Both the position numbers and the translations under genes were made by a program. From assembly GCA_013239625.1 (NCBI GenBank), contig MU056050.1:6085366-6149365 (forward strand): a stretch of 64,000 nt of DNA. Reading direction: 5' to 3'. Positions 49,206-62,934 of the stretch are shown piece by piece. Within the stretch, counting starts at the first letter, position 1; every line of letters begins with the position of its first letter. The notes below the pieces were generated by a model. That model had not been told where the DNA came from, did no database searches, and worked only from the letters and a program-made list of their open reading frames with translations. Source of the DNA: Lama guanicoe (lineage: Eukaryota).

Positions 49206-51404
49206 CTCATAGCCTGTTGTGTGTTTGTTGGCTAATTGGGAATTATGGGGCCAGTGATATGATTATCTTGTTGGTTCTATTAATACTTTGAACCATGTGA
49301 AACATCAGAGACTTGGCATTGAACTATAATATAAACTCTGGGGCCCTGAAGTGACCACACCCACTCCAGAAAGAAACAGGACAGGCTAAAGCTGCTAAAT
49401 AACCCCAACGCTACACAGGCCTTGAGAGCTTTCCTAGTTAAGATTGAGAAGAATTAGAAGCTAGCGAGGTTAGCTTTTGGTCTTCAATTTCTTTGTGCTT
49501 TCATTTGTGAGGACAAGAAAACTATTTTGAATTTTAAGTTCTTTGAATTTTAAGAAATGTGTACTTTGATTCCTTTCGACTTTAACTGAAAAGTACAAGG
49601 GAGTTTAATATTTGGATATTAACATCCCCTTGGAAATGTGATAAGGGCAGATTATATTCAAATGAGTGGCATCTTATGGTTGCACATTATTATTATAGCA
49701 CACTGTTATTGTGAATGTTGTTCTTTGATGCAATTGTATATCTTCTGATAGGCAACTTAAGACACTGCAGCTGGACATCATTTGAAAAGAGAAATAGTGT
49801 AGAGAATAAGTTTCCATCCTGGAGCATACATGATCTTGATATTAATTTAATTAACATAGTCTTCAAACACATTTAAGAGCCTTCTGGGTGCACTCCCATC
49901 CACAATGCCCACCAGTAGTCCCAGTGATGGGTGTTGGGGAAAGTGGGAGAGGACTGTGCTCATAAACTGCTGACCTCTTCCCTCTATGGAGCTGGCTTGA
50001 CAGTTAAACTCAGTGAGTCAAGAGAAGAATGAACTGAGGAATATGGGTGACTCTTCTTCCCACTCTGGATATTTCTTTCACTGAGTTGTGAGAGACCTGT
50101 GGAGAAGAGCTTGTTGTTGATGAGCCTGGGACAAGGAACTGTGCATGCAGAGCTCGGTGCAGGACGTGGCAGACTATGGAGGAGTTGTGTGCTGCTCTGA
50201 TTTCTGCTGAACAGTGAGAGGGGCCTGACCCTGTCATAGGGTCCTGCAGTGGTCTGGCACAGCTTGTGACCAAGGGGGTAAGTCTTCTGACATGGGGGCA
50301 CAGTACTGCAAAGCCCACCTGCTAACAGACATGAGCTAACAGACCCATCCTAGCCTTTATCCATAGTGAACCTAATATTTTAGACTCTATCTTCAGATTC
50401 TTTTAAATTTCTCAGTTGTTCAGAACTCAAGGCAAGTAAAAGTGCTGTGCTATTGACTGACTTCCTGCTTGCTCACAAAGAGGCGTGGTCTGGCTATGAA
50501 GGGTATTTGCTTCTCAAGATGGCAGGGGATAGAGAGTTCCAATGAGGAAGACATGGGGGAGGGGACCCTGCACACACAACATGAAAATCTTGGAAGGTTG
50601 TCACCCAACGTAGGGAGTAGGACCCTCAAATGGGAGATGAATCTTAACCACTTGGCTAAGGGCTGGCTGTTAGCTCCCAGACTCGTAGGACTATTCTTAG
50701 CACTTTACTTTTGAACTCAAAAACCCCTTTAAGCCCCACAAATGCTCACTTTTTAAAATTCTCCTGATTCAACAACGTCTGAAGGCTGAAGCAGAATTGA
50801 GCCACTGTGATAAATAGCAATATGATCAGTGGCTTATTTGCTGTCACCAATTCCTATTGCCTTTGGGGACTTTCCTGATACTGGGGGACATGAATTTGAA
50901 AATAATGTCTTTCTCTGGGCCTGGAAGAGTTCTCTGTCATTTTCTTCATTTTTGTTGACATTTCCCCAATAATTTATAAGCTTCCCTTGATACATGGAAG
51001 GATCAATAGCTATGTGTGTCTTTGGGAACTAAGTGACAGAACAGTACTAACATGCTCCAGGAAAAAAAATCACATTTCTTTTGTCATGGTCAATATTTGA
51101 AGCTGGTAAAACGTAGATGTGAGTCTTTCTTTGTGTATAGCTGTGTCTCCTCAGATATTCCAAAGCATGGATCTCTTTCTAAATGCCAAGGGCCAGTAGT
51201 TTTCCCAAAGAACTAAAGAACAGCAATTAGAGGTGTCAAAGAGCCCTATCAGGGGCTGCCACGGAAAGAGTCAAGAGGCAGCCTCCATCTCTTCCCGAAC
51301 TGTACGTGGAGTATCTTTGTTTACCTGTGTTTTATACATTGAGATTCCCTGCAAAACTTCATTTGAACACAGAGTCTACAAAGAAAACACACAATTTTTA
51401 ACAG

Positions 51405-52267
51405 TTTAACAATCCAACAGCAGAAATTAAAACAGCCCAATTAAAAAATGGGAAAACGACTTAAAGAGACTTTTCTCCAAAGAAGACAGACAAATGGCCA
51501 AGAACCACCAGAAAAGATACTCAATGTCACTAATCATTAGGGAAATCCAAATCGAAACCACAATGAGATATTACTTCACACCCATTAGGATGGCTATTAT
51601 CAAAAAAAAAAAAAAGAAAATGACAAGTGTTGGTGAGGATGTGGAGAAATTGAAACACTTGTGCTTTGCTGGTGGAAATATAAAATGGTGCAGCTGCTGT
51701 GAAAACGGTATGGTTGGTCCTCAAAAATTAAACACAGAATTACCATATGATCCAACAATTGCACTTCTGGATATATATCCCTAAAGAATTGAAAGCAGGA
51801 ACTTAAACAGAGATTTATACATCCATGTTCACAGCAACATTATTTACCATGGCTAATGATAAATGGATAAACAAAATATGATATATATGAACAATGGAAT
51901 CAGCCTTTAAAAGGAAGGAAATTCTGACACATGCTACAACATAGATGAACCTTGAACACATGCTGAGTAAAATAAGCCAGTCACAAAAGGACAAATACTG
52001 TATGATTTCACGATTTCACTTATATGAGATACCTATAGTGGTCAAATTCATAAAGACAGAAAGTAGAATGGTGGTTGCCAGGAGTTGGTGGGAAGGAGGA
52101 ATTAGGAGATGCTGTTTAATGGGTATAGAGTTTCATTTTGGAAAGATTAAAAAGTTCTGGACATGGATGGTGATGATGGTTTCACAACAGTGGTGAATGT
52201 ACTTAATATCACTGAATGGTACACTTAAAAATGGTTCAAATGGAACATTTTTAACAATTTTTTAAAA
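51405..52267 (+). mobile_element. L1MB-type ORF2 C-terminus plus 3'UTR
   Basis: [23 protein letters not shown]; 3'UTR agaatggtggttgccagg...acacttaaaaatggtt. Confidence 0.92.
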
Positions 52268-53376
52268 ATTGAGCAATCAATTTTATATTAGATCTTACAG
52301 CTTTGTTAGTAGTGAGAAATCTTTTGCAATGTATGAGGTAGCCCACCTTTCATCAAATGATACCAATGTGTCCTTTAGGATGAAGAATTTAGAGACAGTC
52401 TACTTTCTAAATGTAAACCCTGCCTGGCATGAACCAAACACAAACACATTGAGATCTCAGCACAGATTCAAGGATAAAATCCACTCTAGGGGAGAGTTAA
52501 GGAAATGGGACACAGAATATGTGTAAGTATAGAGACAGACCTAGAGATTTGAGGGCTGGCTGGTACCTAGCCCTAACTACTGGGGTCAAAATTGTTGACA
52601 TGTGTTACCAGTAGCTCCCATATGGTTTACTACAAGTACACATCAATAGATAAGGTTCTGAGACCAAGCCAGGGGAGAAGAAAAGTTGAAAATAAGGGGG
52701 TAAAGTGGATTCAGTTGGATGCAGTAAAACCTAGCTGCCAAAGTTGAAGCCTGGGTGAAAAAGACCCAGAAACTTAAGAACAGAAAGAAGACCGTCAATA
52801 CAGAGGGCAAGGAAGGATAGAGAGACAGACATCAGTGTAGTGTGACAACATCAGGGTGGTAGGAACAGTTGTCCTGAACCATCATTGAGTATAGGGACAC
52901 AGTTAGCACTCCTAACGCTGTGCCATTGGTGACGCTTACTCAACCTCTCCCCCAAATTCTGAACCAGGTGAGGTGAGACATCAGTGCCCTTGGTTAAATT
53001 ACCATCTCATTTAACACTGCATTTAATATACTAGCTGGTCAGCCAGGAACACGTTTCTGTTGTTCAAGTTGGATAACCAAAATAATCTTCACCCAAAGTT
53101 ATAGAGAAGCATCTTTACCTTGAGAGCCTTAGCCCCAAGGATAAGAGCAGTTGTTAATGAAAAAAATGAGTCAGTGCATATAAACTTCAATAAATAGAAA
53201 CTGTAATTACAGTTGCACCTATCCTATGCAATAGCTGAGTCCTGAGAAATTGTGGATAAATGTAACTACATTTCCTCACTGACTGAATTTCATAGCTCAG
53301 AATCATTTTATTTTTATCTCCATTTGATCCTAAATGTTTAAGGGCTCCTCAGATATTGGGTCTTGATTAAGAACAT

Positions 53377-54019
53377 ACCATATGATACAGCAATCCCACT
53401 TCTGGGTATATATCTAGAGGGAACTCTAATTCGAAAAGATACATGCACCTCAATGTTCATAGCAGCACTATATACAATAGCCAAAACATGGAAGCAACCT
53501 AAATGTCCATCAGCAGATGACTGGATAAAGAAGTTGTGGTATATTTATATAGTGGAATACTATTCAGCCATAAAAAGGAATAAAATAATGCCATTTGCAG
53601 CAACACGGATGGATCTAGATATTGTCATTCTAAGTGAAGTAAGCCAGGAAGAGAAAGAAAAATACCATATGACATCACTCATATGTGGAATTTTAAAAAA
53701 ATAAAAGGACACTATGAACTCATCTACAAATCAGAAACATATTTGCAGACATAGTAAACAATCTTCTGGTTACTGGGGAAAGGGGGTGGGAAAGGATAAA
53801 TTTGAGAGTTTGAGATTTGCAAATGTTAGCCACTATATATAAAAATAGATTTTAAAAGTTTCTTCTGTATAGCACAGGGAACTATGTAAAATATTTTGTA
53901 ATAACCTTTAATGAAAAAAATATAAAAATGAATATATATACGTATATGCATGACAGGGACATTGTGCTGTACACCAGAAATTGACACATTGTAACTGACA
54001 GTATTCAATTAAAAAAAAA
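53377..54019 (+). mobile_element. lineage-specific L1 3' end
   Basis: [12 protein letters not shown]...KTWKQPKCPS, 3'UTR, A tail; probable TSD aa(g/c)aacat. Confidence 0.95.
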
Positions 54020-54029
54020 CAACATGTGT

Positions 54030-54230
54030 GTAAAGCAAGTAGCCCAGTTCTATGTGCTTTTCATGAATTATCTTACTCATTCATTCATCACAACAAGCCT
54101 ACGAGGTAGGTGCTGTTATAATCTCAGTTTTAAAGATGAGGGACTGAATGTGCAGAAAGGTTAAGTGGCCTAAAGTCACACAACCATTGAGTGTTGGACC
54201 CAGCGCCCAAATTCTCAATACCTGGCTTAA
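54030..54230 (-). mobile_element. MIR SINE
   Basis: ttttaaagatgagggactga...aaggttaagtggcctaaagtcacaca. Confidence 0.75.
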
Positions 54231-54872
54231 TGGAGATGAAAAAGAAAGAATGATGAGGAAAAAGGAAGAGAAAGAGGAATCCATAATTAAGCTGATCCCT
54301 GTTTCTTCCCATGAAGTTGAATACATCCCAGAAATAAGAGAAGGAGGTTCCATATTGGCAATGCCCCAGGCAACTTTGGAACTTGACTGTGACCATGTCA
54401 GCATCAGATGCCACAGATCCAAAGTCAAAAGTCCTTGGCAGTTCTTAAAGGTGTGTTCTCAGAGGGGATATGGAATCGGCAGGAACTACTAGCCTCGCTC
54501 AAGGTCAGAGAAACAAGGGAATAAAGTCCGAATTCTTTGACAATGTCTCACTACCCATTCACTGCTCTATACTCCAAAGAAGCAGAACTGCTTGCTGTGA
54601 AAGAGGGTATTCAAGGTCAGAAGAACAGGAGACCCAGAAGCCAGAATACCAAATAACTGTTAGTGAGAAAATCCACCAAAGGAGTCTTTAGGTAGAGGCT
54701 CTGAACGGCCCCCCACCAACGACAAGGACCTGCACTGTACTTGAACGCTTCGCCTGCTTGTTCTTTTTGCCTCTGCAACATAGACTCTTCACTGACTTGA
54801 TTTTCATTGCTTGCCAAGTCCACCCAAATTCACTGCCCTAGGTAAGTTAAAAAAAGAAAAAAAAAACCTATC

Positions 54873-55420
54873 CAGTCAGTTCTGCTGTAATAGTACGTAT
54901 GTATTTTTAAAAACTACTGCACTATGCAAAATTGAACAACAAAAGCCACAGGGTTTAGAGGGGGAATGGGGCTTAAAGGAACAACAATAAAAACATCAGT
55001 AAAACACTAAATGAGATAGGAAAGGCAACGCAGGTTTACACATGTTAATGGTTAAGAAATACATAAATACTACAATAAACACAGCACTTTACCTTGAAAA
55101 GACCTAAAACTTGTTTGTGGGTGTGAGTGTAGCAGGTTTGGAGTTATTGTGACGTGGTAGGTAGTGTTATCTGAAATCAGATGGAGAGTTGTGACACTCT
55201 AGGTGAATGGGTGTGGCTGGTAGAGGGCTGAGGAGTGTGTTTTCCGTTTTACCGCCCAGCTCAGTTCAGCTGGGTAGTGTTCTGCGTGCACCTAGTGTTT
55301 CTTGCTGATGGAATCATGCACAAGCAAACATGAAATTCATGTCATGTTCAAGCTGTTTCTTAATTTATCAGTTGAAACAAACTCGAGTTTTCAAAACAGG
55401 CATCAGAGCAGAACTGACTT
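54873..55420 (-). mobile_element. Tigger13a-like TcMar element
   Basis: TIRs cagtcagttctgct / agcagaactgact; minus-strand gaaacactaggtgcacgcagaa matches recalled consensus. Confidence 0.75.
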
Positions 55421-55866
55421 ACAGTGATTTAGCTCTTAAGAAGATGGAAGACAGAGGCAGAACAGGGTGTTATCAAGGACAATCTGGCTCCAGTTAAAAG
55501 TCCAGGCTACCTTCCCATGCAACTGTGAAGGCTGCACCTACAACTAAAGAAAGTATTCTTTTGTATTTTCTCCTTTGTTTCAAGATCCTAAAACAAAATT
55601 CTATGGGGGCTGCAGGTCTTCACGCTCTAGTGTGAGGCCCTGGCCTGGACCTGCTGCCTCCCCCAGATACATAGGAAGGGTAAGTAGGCATCTCCGGAGG
55701 GTTATTTGACATTTAGGGAAACGTCACATCAACCGGTACTTAATAATAAGCCCAACTGAACTAAACAGAGACAGAAACGGACCCAAGTGTCCATTTTTAA
55801 TTCTTTCCCTTGATTTTGTCCCTTGGCGTATGTGATTCCCTCCACCTGGAAGCATCTCCTCGCCTT

Positions 55867-56423
55867 GTGATGACTTTTAAAAATATGTCCACAAATTCTT
55901 TGCTACTTTCCCATTTTAAGCTGTGAAGTTGACCTCCTCTCCCCTTGAGTATGGCCTGGACTTACAGACTCACTTCCAACAAGTAGAATTATAATAGAGG
56001 TGACGGTATCTCACTTCTGAGATTAGGTTATAAAAGATTATGGTTTCCATCTTGGTTTTCTTTCTCTCCCAGCTGGGTCATCGGCTCTGAGGGATGCCTG
56101 TGCCACGCTGAGCGGTTCCCTAGGGAGACAGCCACGTGACAAGGAACAGCCCACAGAAAATGGAGGCGGGCTGACAATCATATGAGTGACCTGGGAAGCA
56201 GATTCTCTGATCCCAGCTGGGTCTTGAGATGACTACACCCTTTTGAGAGTTTGACTGCAACCTCATGAAAGACTGAGCCAGATGCATTCAGTTAAGCCTC
56301 TCCCAGACCCTTGACCCTCAAACACTATGTGAGGTAATAATGTTTATTGTTTTAAACTGCTGTGTTTTGGGGTGACACGCTAATAGTGGTTATCTATGTG
56401 TTAGCAATTAGATAACTAATACA
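55867..56423 (+). mobile_element. MaLR LTR (MLT1F-like)
   Basis: ccacaaattcttt...cacttctgagattaggttataaaaga...gataactaataca. Confidence 0.85.
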
Positions 56424-56539
56424 ACTCTTCTCTATGTGATCTGCTTCCATTTGTTCTTAAAGCAGCAGCTAAGTGTAACCTAGTCCATGAAATCATCCTG
56501 ACCACATTCTGCTAATGAGTCCATCCAGTGATTGTTTTT

Positions 56540-57115
56540 TTTCCTTTTTTTTAAACTTTTGTTTATTGTATATTTTTGGTTCTTAAACTTCATCTGGTGA
56601 TTGTTTATATTTTTAATTTTTTTTTGCTGAGGCTTTCTAGTTTTCCTTTTCTTTCAAGGATGTTGCCTTTACTTGGTAGTGTATTTTTCTAAATAATTGC
56701 TGCTTAAAAATGTTCTCGGCTAATTCCAACATGTCATCTAGGACGGCATCTGTTGAGTATCCTTCCTCATGTGGATTGAGATTTTCCTGAGTCTTCCTAT
56801 GCCTAATAATTTTGGATTGTATCCTGAATACTTTGGATATTGCCTCATGAGACCTTGGAACTTGCTTAAATCCTATGGAGAATATTGATATTGGCATGTT
56901 TGTTTTAGCAGGCAGTCAGTCTGGTTAGGTTTAGGCCGAAGCTCTGACCCACCTTCTGTGGGTTGTGGTTCCAAAGTCCATTCCATTTTCAAAGCCTTTG
57001 AAGAGCCATCCAAGTATGTTCCACGTGTCCACACTCCGTGAATGGTCTGGGGCTTGGGCTGTGGTCTATCTGTTTAGTTCTCAAAGTCTTTGGTCTGCTA
57101 AATAGGGTCTAATCC
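56540..57115 (-). mobile_element. ancient L1 5'/ORF1-region fragment
   Basis: taattccaacatgtcatct...attttcctgagtcttc...taattttggattgtatcctgaa. Confidence 0.6.
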
Positions 57116-57639
57116 ATACATATGAAAACAGAAGAAATTCAATACACAACATCAGGAAATGTGTAAGTGTGAAGAGTATTGTAGCGGTTCGGAGGAGGTG
57201 CAGATTGGCGCGGGCAGACCCAGGGGACAAGGAAGGCCTTGCGATGAGTCTTGAACTGTGCATTAGAGTGGCGTCATTGGAGATCTTTTTAGAAAGATTA
57301 AGCAGCCCAAGCAAAGGTGTGAAGGTGGGGAAGAACAGACAGGCCTGACCAGACAAACGACTGTTTATTAGATGAGCCGTGGAAGGCTTAGTGCTGCATA
57401 CTTACTGCTGCGTTCTGGCCATACTGTCAAATAATATTAAAATCTCAGGGCTGGGAGGGATCTTCACTTATTCAACTTTATCCAATGCCTAAGGCCTTTT
57501 GTGCAGCCAGTTCCCCCACCGTCTTCCCGATACACACACACAGAGTCCACCCTCTTTTGGCCACATCGGTGCATTTAGAATCAGTGTTTCTCCGAGGACT
57601 TTTTTGAGAAACATCAGAAAAAAATTTTCTCTCCCTGTT

Positions 57640-57852
57640 AAGGTTGCTAGGACACTACATGGAGAGAGCCTGAATGCAAAATAAAGGAAGACAAAGATAA
57701 ATAGGGCCAAAAAACGGTGAGATTGTGCTTGATGAGGTCACTGGATTCCTCTAATCAGCCCCCCTGAAGTCACTTCCTTGCTTTATGATGCATCTACTTT
57801 TAAGCTTTTAGAATTGGGTTTCTGTCATATGCCACCAAGAGTCTTGAATAAC
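57640..57852 (+). mobile_element. old ERVL-type LTR 3' fragment
   Basis: ttgggtttctgtcatatgccaccaagagtcttgaataaca terminus. Confidence 0.45.
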
Positions 57853-57879
57853 ATAAGCCTTCTCAACACTCTGCTCACC

Positions 57880-58830
57880 AACTGGTTAGGCAGCCAAATG
57901 GCTTGGAGTCCCCAAATTATAGGGCAGTCATTTCTTTCTGAGGCACTCTATTACATCTTTAGACAGCCCTGATAGAGTGTCATTCCTTTTATTGAGTTAA
58001 AATTTGCCTTCATGTTACTTCGTCTTCTTGGTTCAAGTTCTTATCTCTGGAACCAAACAGAGCAAGGGTAATTTCTCCGGCACATTCATTTGAGGGCAGC
58101 TTTTATGACTTCCTTGAGATTGCTCATATTCAGTTCCTCATGGCATAGCTGGCATGACTTCAAGTTCCCCTATCATCTTGGTCACACTGCTTTGAATTGA
58201 TTTCAGTTTGTAAAAGGTATTGCCCCGAGTCTAAGTGAAAAATTCTAGGAGTAGTTTAACCAATACACATTACAATGGAATTATAAATTCTTTCACATTC
58301 TGTTATCTCAGTGGTTCTCAACTTAAGGTTTCCCTTTGGAATCGCCTGGGGAGCTTTAAAAATACTGAGTCCTAGGCTCTGCCCCCAGAGATTCTTATTC
58401 AAATAATCTGGATTAAAGCCTGGGAATACAAAGGTGTGACCCATCATATTAATGTATCTTTAAAAATGCTAGTTTACATTTGAGCTCACTGTTTATTAAA
58501 ACCCTTGAACTTTTTTTTTACATGAGCTCTGCTAAGCCACACTTTGTATTTAGGGAAAACAGTGTCTTGGACATCCCCCCTAGTGTTTTATGCTTACATC
58601 CGTTACATTTCATTTTGCAGATTCAGCCTATCTACCAAACCTGTCAAAACTTGCAGAATCCTAATTCTGGCTTCCCTTGTGTTTACCAGCCCTCTAGTAA
58701 ATCTGATGAGCCTGTTTTTTATAACTTCAACCAAGTTGTTAATAAAAATATTTAACAGGACAAGTTTGAGGGCAGAATTCTATAGCTGGTTTCTAGAAAT
58801 CATCATATGAACACCGTCCAGACCTGTACC
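57880..58830 (-). mobile_element. L3/CR1 LINE fragment interrupted by a MER5-like MITE (about 58309-58425)
   Basis: aaatctgatgagcc...ccaagttgttaataaaaatatttaacaggaca...gggcagaa resembles antisense CR1 RT region. Confidence 0.7.
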
Positions 58831-59969
58831 CATAGCTTTTGGGAATATTACTTCAACAGGATTGATATTAAGTTTGCCAGTTGGTGTTTTGTGCAATCAA
58901 TCCATCATTATTTCCTTTCTAAAAACTAGAATTTCCTCTGGGCACTTAATGACTTCCTGAAAATGGGTAAAATTAAGAGTTCAACTTCTTCTTCAAGTTT
59001 TATAGTCTGCAGAAGTACCTAGAAATTAAAGTCTATGATCATATCAGATGTGTGACTTTCACTTCTAAGGTAGCTGTGGTCTATTGAGAATTGAGATACC
59101 AGAGTAACTAGCCTCTCCTTGCACTCCAACTTTCTGCTCCAAAATCGAGCACTAAAGACATTAGCAATCATCAGAACACCCCATCAGGAACCAAAGAAAG
59201 TCTCCTTTTCCCATCTTAGCTCAACGGTCTTTTCCTTCCTGGTTCATTGTATTTGCTATCATTGTGCTTCTCCAGTAGGGGTTGCCAAAGCGTATGTGTT
59301 GGTGAGGGGTGCGATTTCCACGTCATCAACTTTCACCTGGGGCTGTACCGTAACTTTGACTGTTTTGCTGTTTTAGCATTCTCTTTGAGCTGGGAGCAAA
59401 GAGAGAGCCCACATTACTATTTAGTAGAAGCTGCAATTGAAGTGTCTGGGCAGCAAGCAGAATACGGAGGAGCAGAACATTCTTTTGTTCTCACACAGCT
59501 GCTTGCTTTTTCCCTCTATATTTTATATGTTTAGATCTTGCCTGTGAAATGCTTTCATGTCTCGCTCCCTCCCTCTCTCGTGTTCTCTTTCCTTTTCTCC
59601 ACCTTCTTTTTCTCAGATACATTTCTATATTAGGTTCTCAAGGCAGAGCAGGGTCTCTCAAGTTGATCTGAATTCATTATTTTTGTCAGTTTTATTCCAA
59701 TTAGATGGCATTTCTTGAGCACGCAGGGAGAGGTTGCTGAGATGGGGAGAGGCACTCTCGTGAGCATGGCTGGCCCGAACAAGACTGGTTGATAAGCAAA
59801 GTTCATCTTAGGTGCCACTGCCCTCAACAGCTCCTTCCAGGCATCCTCTGCTTACACACAGCTGCTCCCCTACTTCCCTGAATCTGGTCTTGCAGATCGA
59901 GGGCCAACCTGCTCGGTGTGCAGGGCTTGTACCTACTGTACTACTGCTTGCACAGCCCCTGGGGAGGAG

Positions 59970-60135
59970 GCCCTGGTGCAGGAGTATGAGCACTGGCCTG
60001 GGCAGCTCAGCCCTGTCACTGATGCGCTGTGTGTCTTGGTCAACTTTTCTGAGCCTATTATTTACATTGTGCGTTGGGATAACAACAACATTACTAACAG
60101 TAAGAATGCTGACCCCATGAGACTGTTCTGAGGAT
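59970..60135 (+). mobile_element. MIR SINE, degraded
   Basis: gctgtgtgtcttggtcaacttttctgagcct...gactgttctgaggatt. Confidence 0.55.
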
Positions 60136-61884
60136 TTAAGGGATATAAGGGAATTCCATAAGCTTTGATCAATGACCTAAGAAGAGTGGGCTACTGAGTC
60201 TCAGAGCCCTCATTTGAGCTATGCATATATAAAATATTTTCAATTATAATAATGACAGCTAAAATGTATGAGGGTACCTGCCAGCCATTGTTCTAGGCAC
60301 TACACGCATGCACGTGTGCGCACACACACACACACACATCATGAGTGTCCATGTATACCCACAGAAATAAAAACCAGGGGTCTTCCGGAAACCATGCCAC
60401 CTACCTGTGCTATGTTAACTCACACAACAGAGACACTGTAGTACACAAGAAGGAGCGTGAAGTAGGCCATCAGGAGCCCTGAACTATAGCACTTGCTAAG
60501 CCATGAATTCACTCTGCAACATCAGGCAAGTCACCCTGCCCTGACCAGTGGCGAACTAGACAATGCCTACAAACCCTTCCTCTTACACAGAGACTAAGAA
60601 TATAAAGGGACACAGCACTAATGGCAATGCAGGAAGAATCCCTGTTTCTGTGCCTCACTGGGCACACGGATGGGGAAGAATTGGTTCCCATGCCAATTAC
60701 CAGGCCTGGTCCAGCCTTTCTGTTCAGCCAGTACAGTACACTGGTGTCTCTCCTGATGAGGATGAAGAGGATGAGGAAGATGAGTACCAGCTCCCTGGTG
60801 ACCTGTGGAAACCTACTGCCTTCAAAGGAATAGCAAGCAATGCCCCAGCTGTGATTACAACAGGATTCCTGTTGCTGGTTTTACCCAGATTCAAAGCCAT
60901 CTCAATCCTCATCCATTAAACACTCTATAAAATGTCTCAAATACCAACCTCCAACCCCAGAACCCAAGTGGTCCAGGCCCCATTACCGACAGCTGAGGCA
61001 ACTTCAACTTCTGCCCACCCACTGATGCAAAAGGCTAACAAGAGAAGGTTACACCTCACTGTAACCCTAAGATTGCCTGTCTTTCTCTAAGGAGGCTCCA
61101 AAACATAGATATTTTCCAAGTGGCCACCCAGGTGATGTGAAAAGAAAGGCCATCTACTCAAATTGCTCTCTTCCACAACCTAATGCCTTCGTGCATGAAA
61201 TTCCACTGTACATCATTATTTTGAGGGCAGTATCTTGTTAATATGTGGGAAAGGTAATACATTAGATCATTAACACATTAACCTATAGTTCGCGTCATCA
61301 GGTAAGTTTGACAGACAAAAGGTCCCAAAGGCAATGGGACACAGGACAAGGAATGTTGACAGTAATGATGGTGAAGACTGTAAGGAGATATCCAGAGCTG
61401 GAGGACATGCCTTGAATTGCAAGCCTGGCCTGAGAAACATGAGGATATGTGGAGTATGTGGGAAAGGGGGAGGGGCATACTAGAGGAAATCTGTGCTTTT
61501 CTAATTGCAAATACCTAAAATCTCATTTTTTCCTTATCAGTCTCAGGCCTGGTAAACAGAAGGATAGGGATCCTTGCCAGTTTTCACAGATAAAGCAAGG
61601 CCAAGAAACATGACTCTGCCCAAGGTCACTGACTTTATCAGGAAGTACAACTGGGAGCAGTGGGTGGTAACACAAATCCAAGTCACTCCCCTTCTCTGAA
61701 CCTGTTTCACCATATTCCAAATGAGAAGACTGGACTAACCAACCCCAAGACCCCCTCTAGCTCTAACTTCCTATTACTAAATTCTCAAGAACCTGCTGAT
61801 GTCTTGTAAGAGCAAGCAGAAGAGGTTTGGGCTCCAGTGATACTTCCACTTTGAGACAGGTAAATTTTTCTAGTCAATATATAT

Positions 61885-62047
61885 TGAATGCAAATAACAA
61901 GTTTCTATTTTATAGCACAGAGAACTATATTCAATATCTTGTAGTAACATATAATGAAAAAGAATATGAAAAGGAATATATGTATGTATATGTATGACTG
62001 AAACATTATGCTGTACACCAGAAATTGATACTACATTGTAAACTGAC

Positions 62048-62050
<3 letters not shown>
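61885..62050 (+). mobile_element. short L1 3' end
   Basis: tatagcacagagaactatattcaatatcttgtag...tgtacaccagaaattgat. Confidence 0.92.

Positions 62051-62104
<54 letters not shown>
62049..62104. repeat. (TA)n(GA)n microsatellite at L1 tail position
   Basis: seen directly. Confidence 0.95.
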
Positions 62105-62108
<4 letters not shown>

Positions 62109-62340
62109 CTTAATAAGTGCCAAGCACGCTATCAGGCACTACACAAGGCCCTTCTTATGTATCACCTCATTTAATCTTCCCCAAACCCTATGAGAGAAAC
62201 ATGATTATTAATCCCATAAGGAAACTGAGACTCAGAGAGGTTAAATAAAATTTCCAAGATCACACAGTTGATAAATGATGGAGTCAGAATTCAAATCAAG
62301 GGCTGTCTGATTGTATGTCTTGGCTGTAACCACTGTTTCT
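62105..62340 (-). mobile_element. MIR SINE
   Basis: ctcatttaatcttc...ggaaactgagactcagagaggttaaat...ccaagatcacacag. Confidence 0.85.
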
Positions 62341-62782
62341 CAAAATGATGGTAGAGCGCATATTATCAAACTTCCAGAATGGCCCAAAAGGCACAAAAGG
62401 TAAACAGTGGCTGTGTGATGTCATGGAAAACACATGCTTTGGATTCAGACACATGTGGGTATAACCTCTGCCTCTGTTCATTTCCTTCCTCTAAGTCTAG
62501 GTTTCCTGATCTGTCAAATAGGGATAAAAAGGCCAATGTCAGAACTAAATCAGAGTCAGCATCTGACACGTGGTAAATAATAACCAAGAGTCTTCTTCCA
62601 CTGTAAAGTCCTACTGATTAAGCTTATACACCAAAGAATAAATGCAATCATAATTCTACTCTTTTCCAGGCTCCACACGCTGTGTGGTTCTAAAAGACCA
62701 CCAAGAATGAGGTAGAACTGTCTTGTTTTTGCAAAACAACATTGGGGTCTGTGAATCTGATAGAAATCAGCTAACTAGACAT

Positions 62783-62934
62783 ATTTTTCTTATTGAAGTA
62801 TAGTTGATTTACAGTGTTTTGTTAGTTTCTGGTGTACAGCGTAGTGATTCAGTTATATATATATATATATAAAATCCTTTTCATATTCTTTTTCATTATA
62901 GTCTATTACAGACTATTGAATATAGTTCTCTCTG
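62783..62934 (-). mobile_element. short L1 3' end
   Basis: antisense 3'UTR; TSD tagacat at 62776-62782 and 62935-62941. Confidence 0.9.

Noticed and set aside
60301..60338. Alternating purine-pyrimidine tract with Z-DNA potential (similar near 9540-9568)
   Set aside because: Ordinary CA-type microsatellite variant.
60563..60919. 118-aa ORF with an acidic DEDEEDEEDE run
   Set aside because: The acidic run comes from a short GAT/GAG/GAA repeat; no homology recognised.
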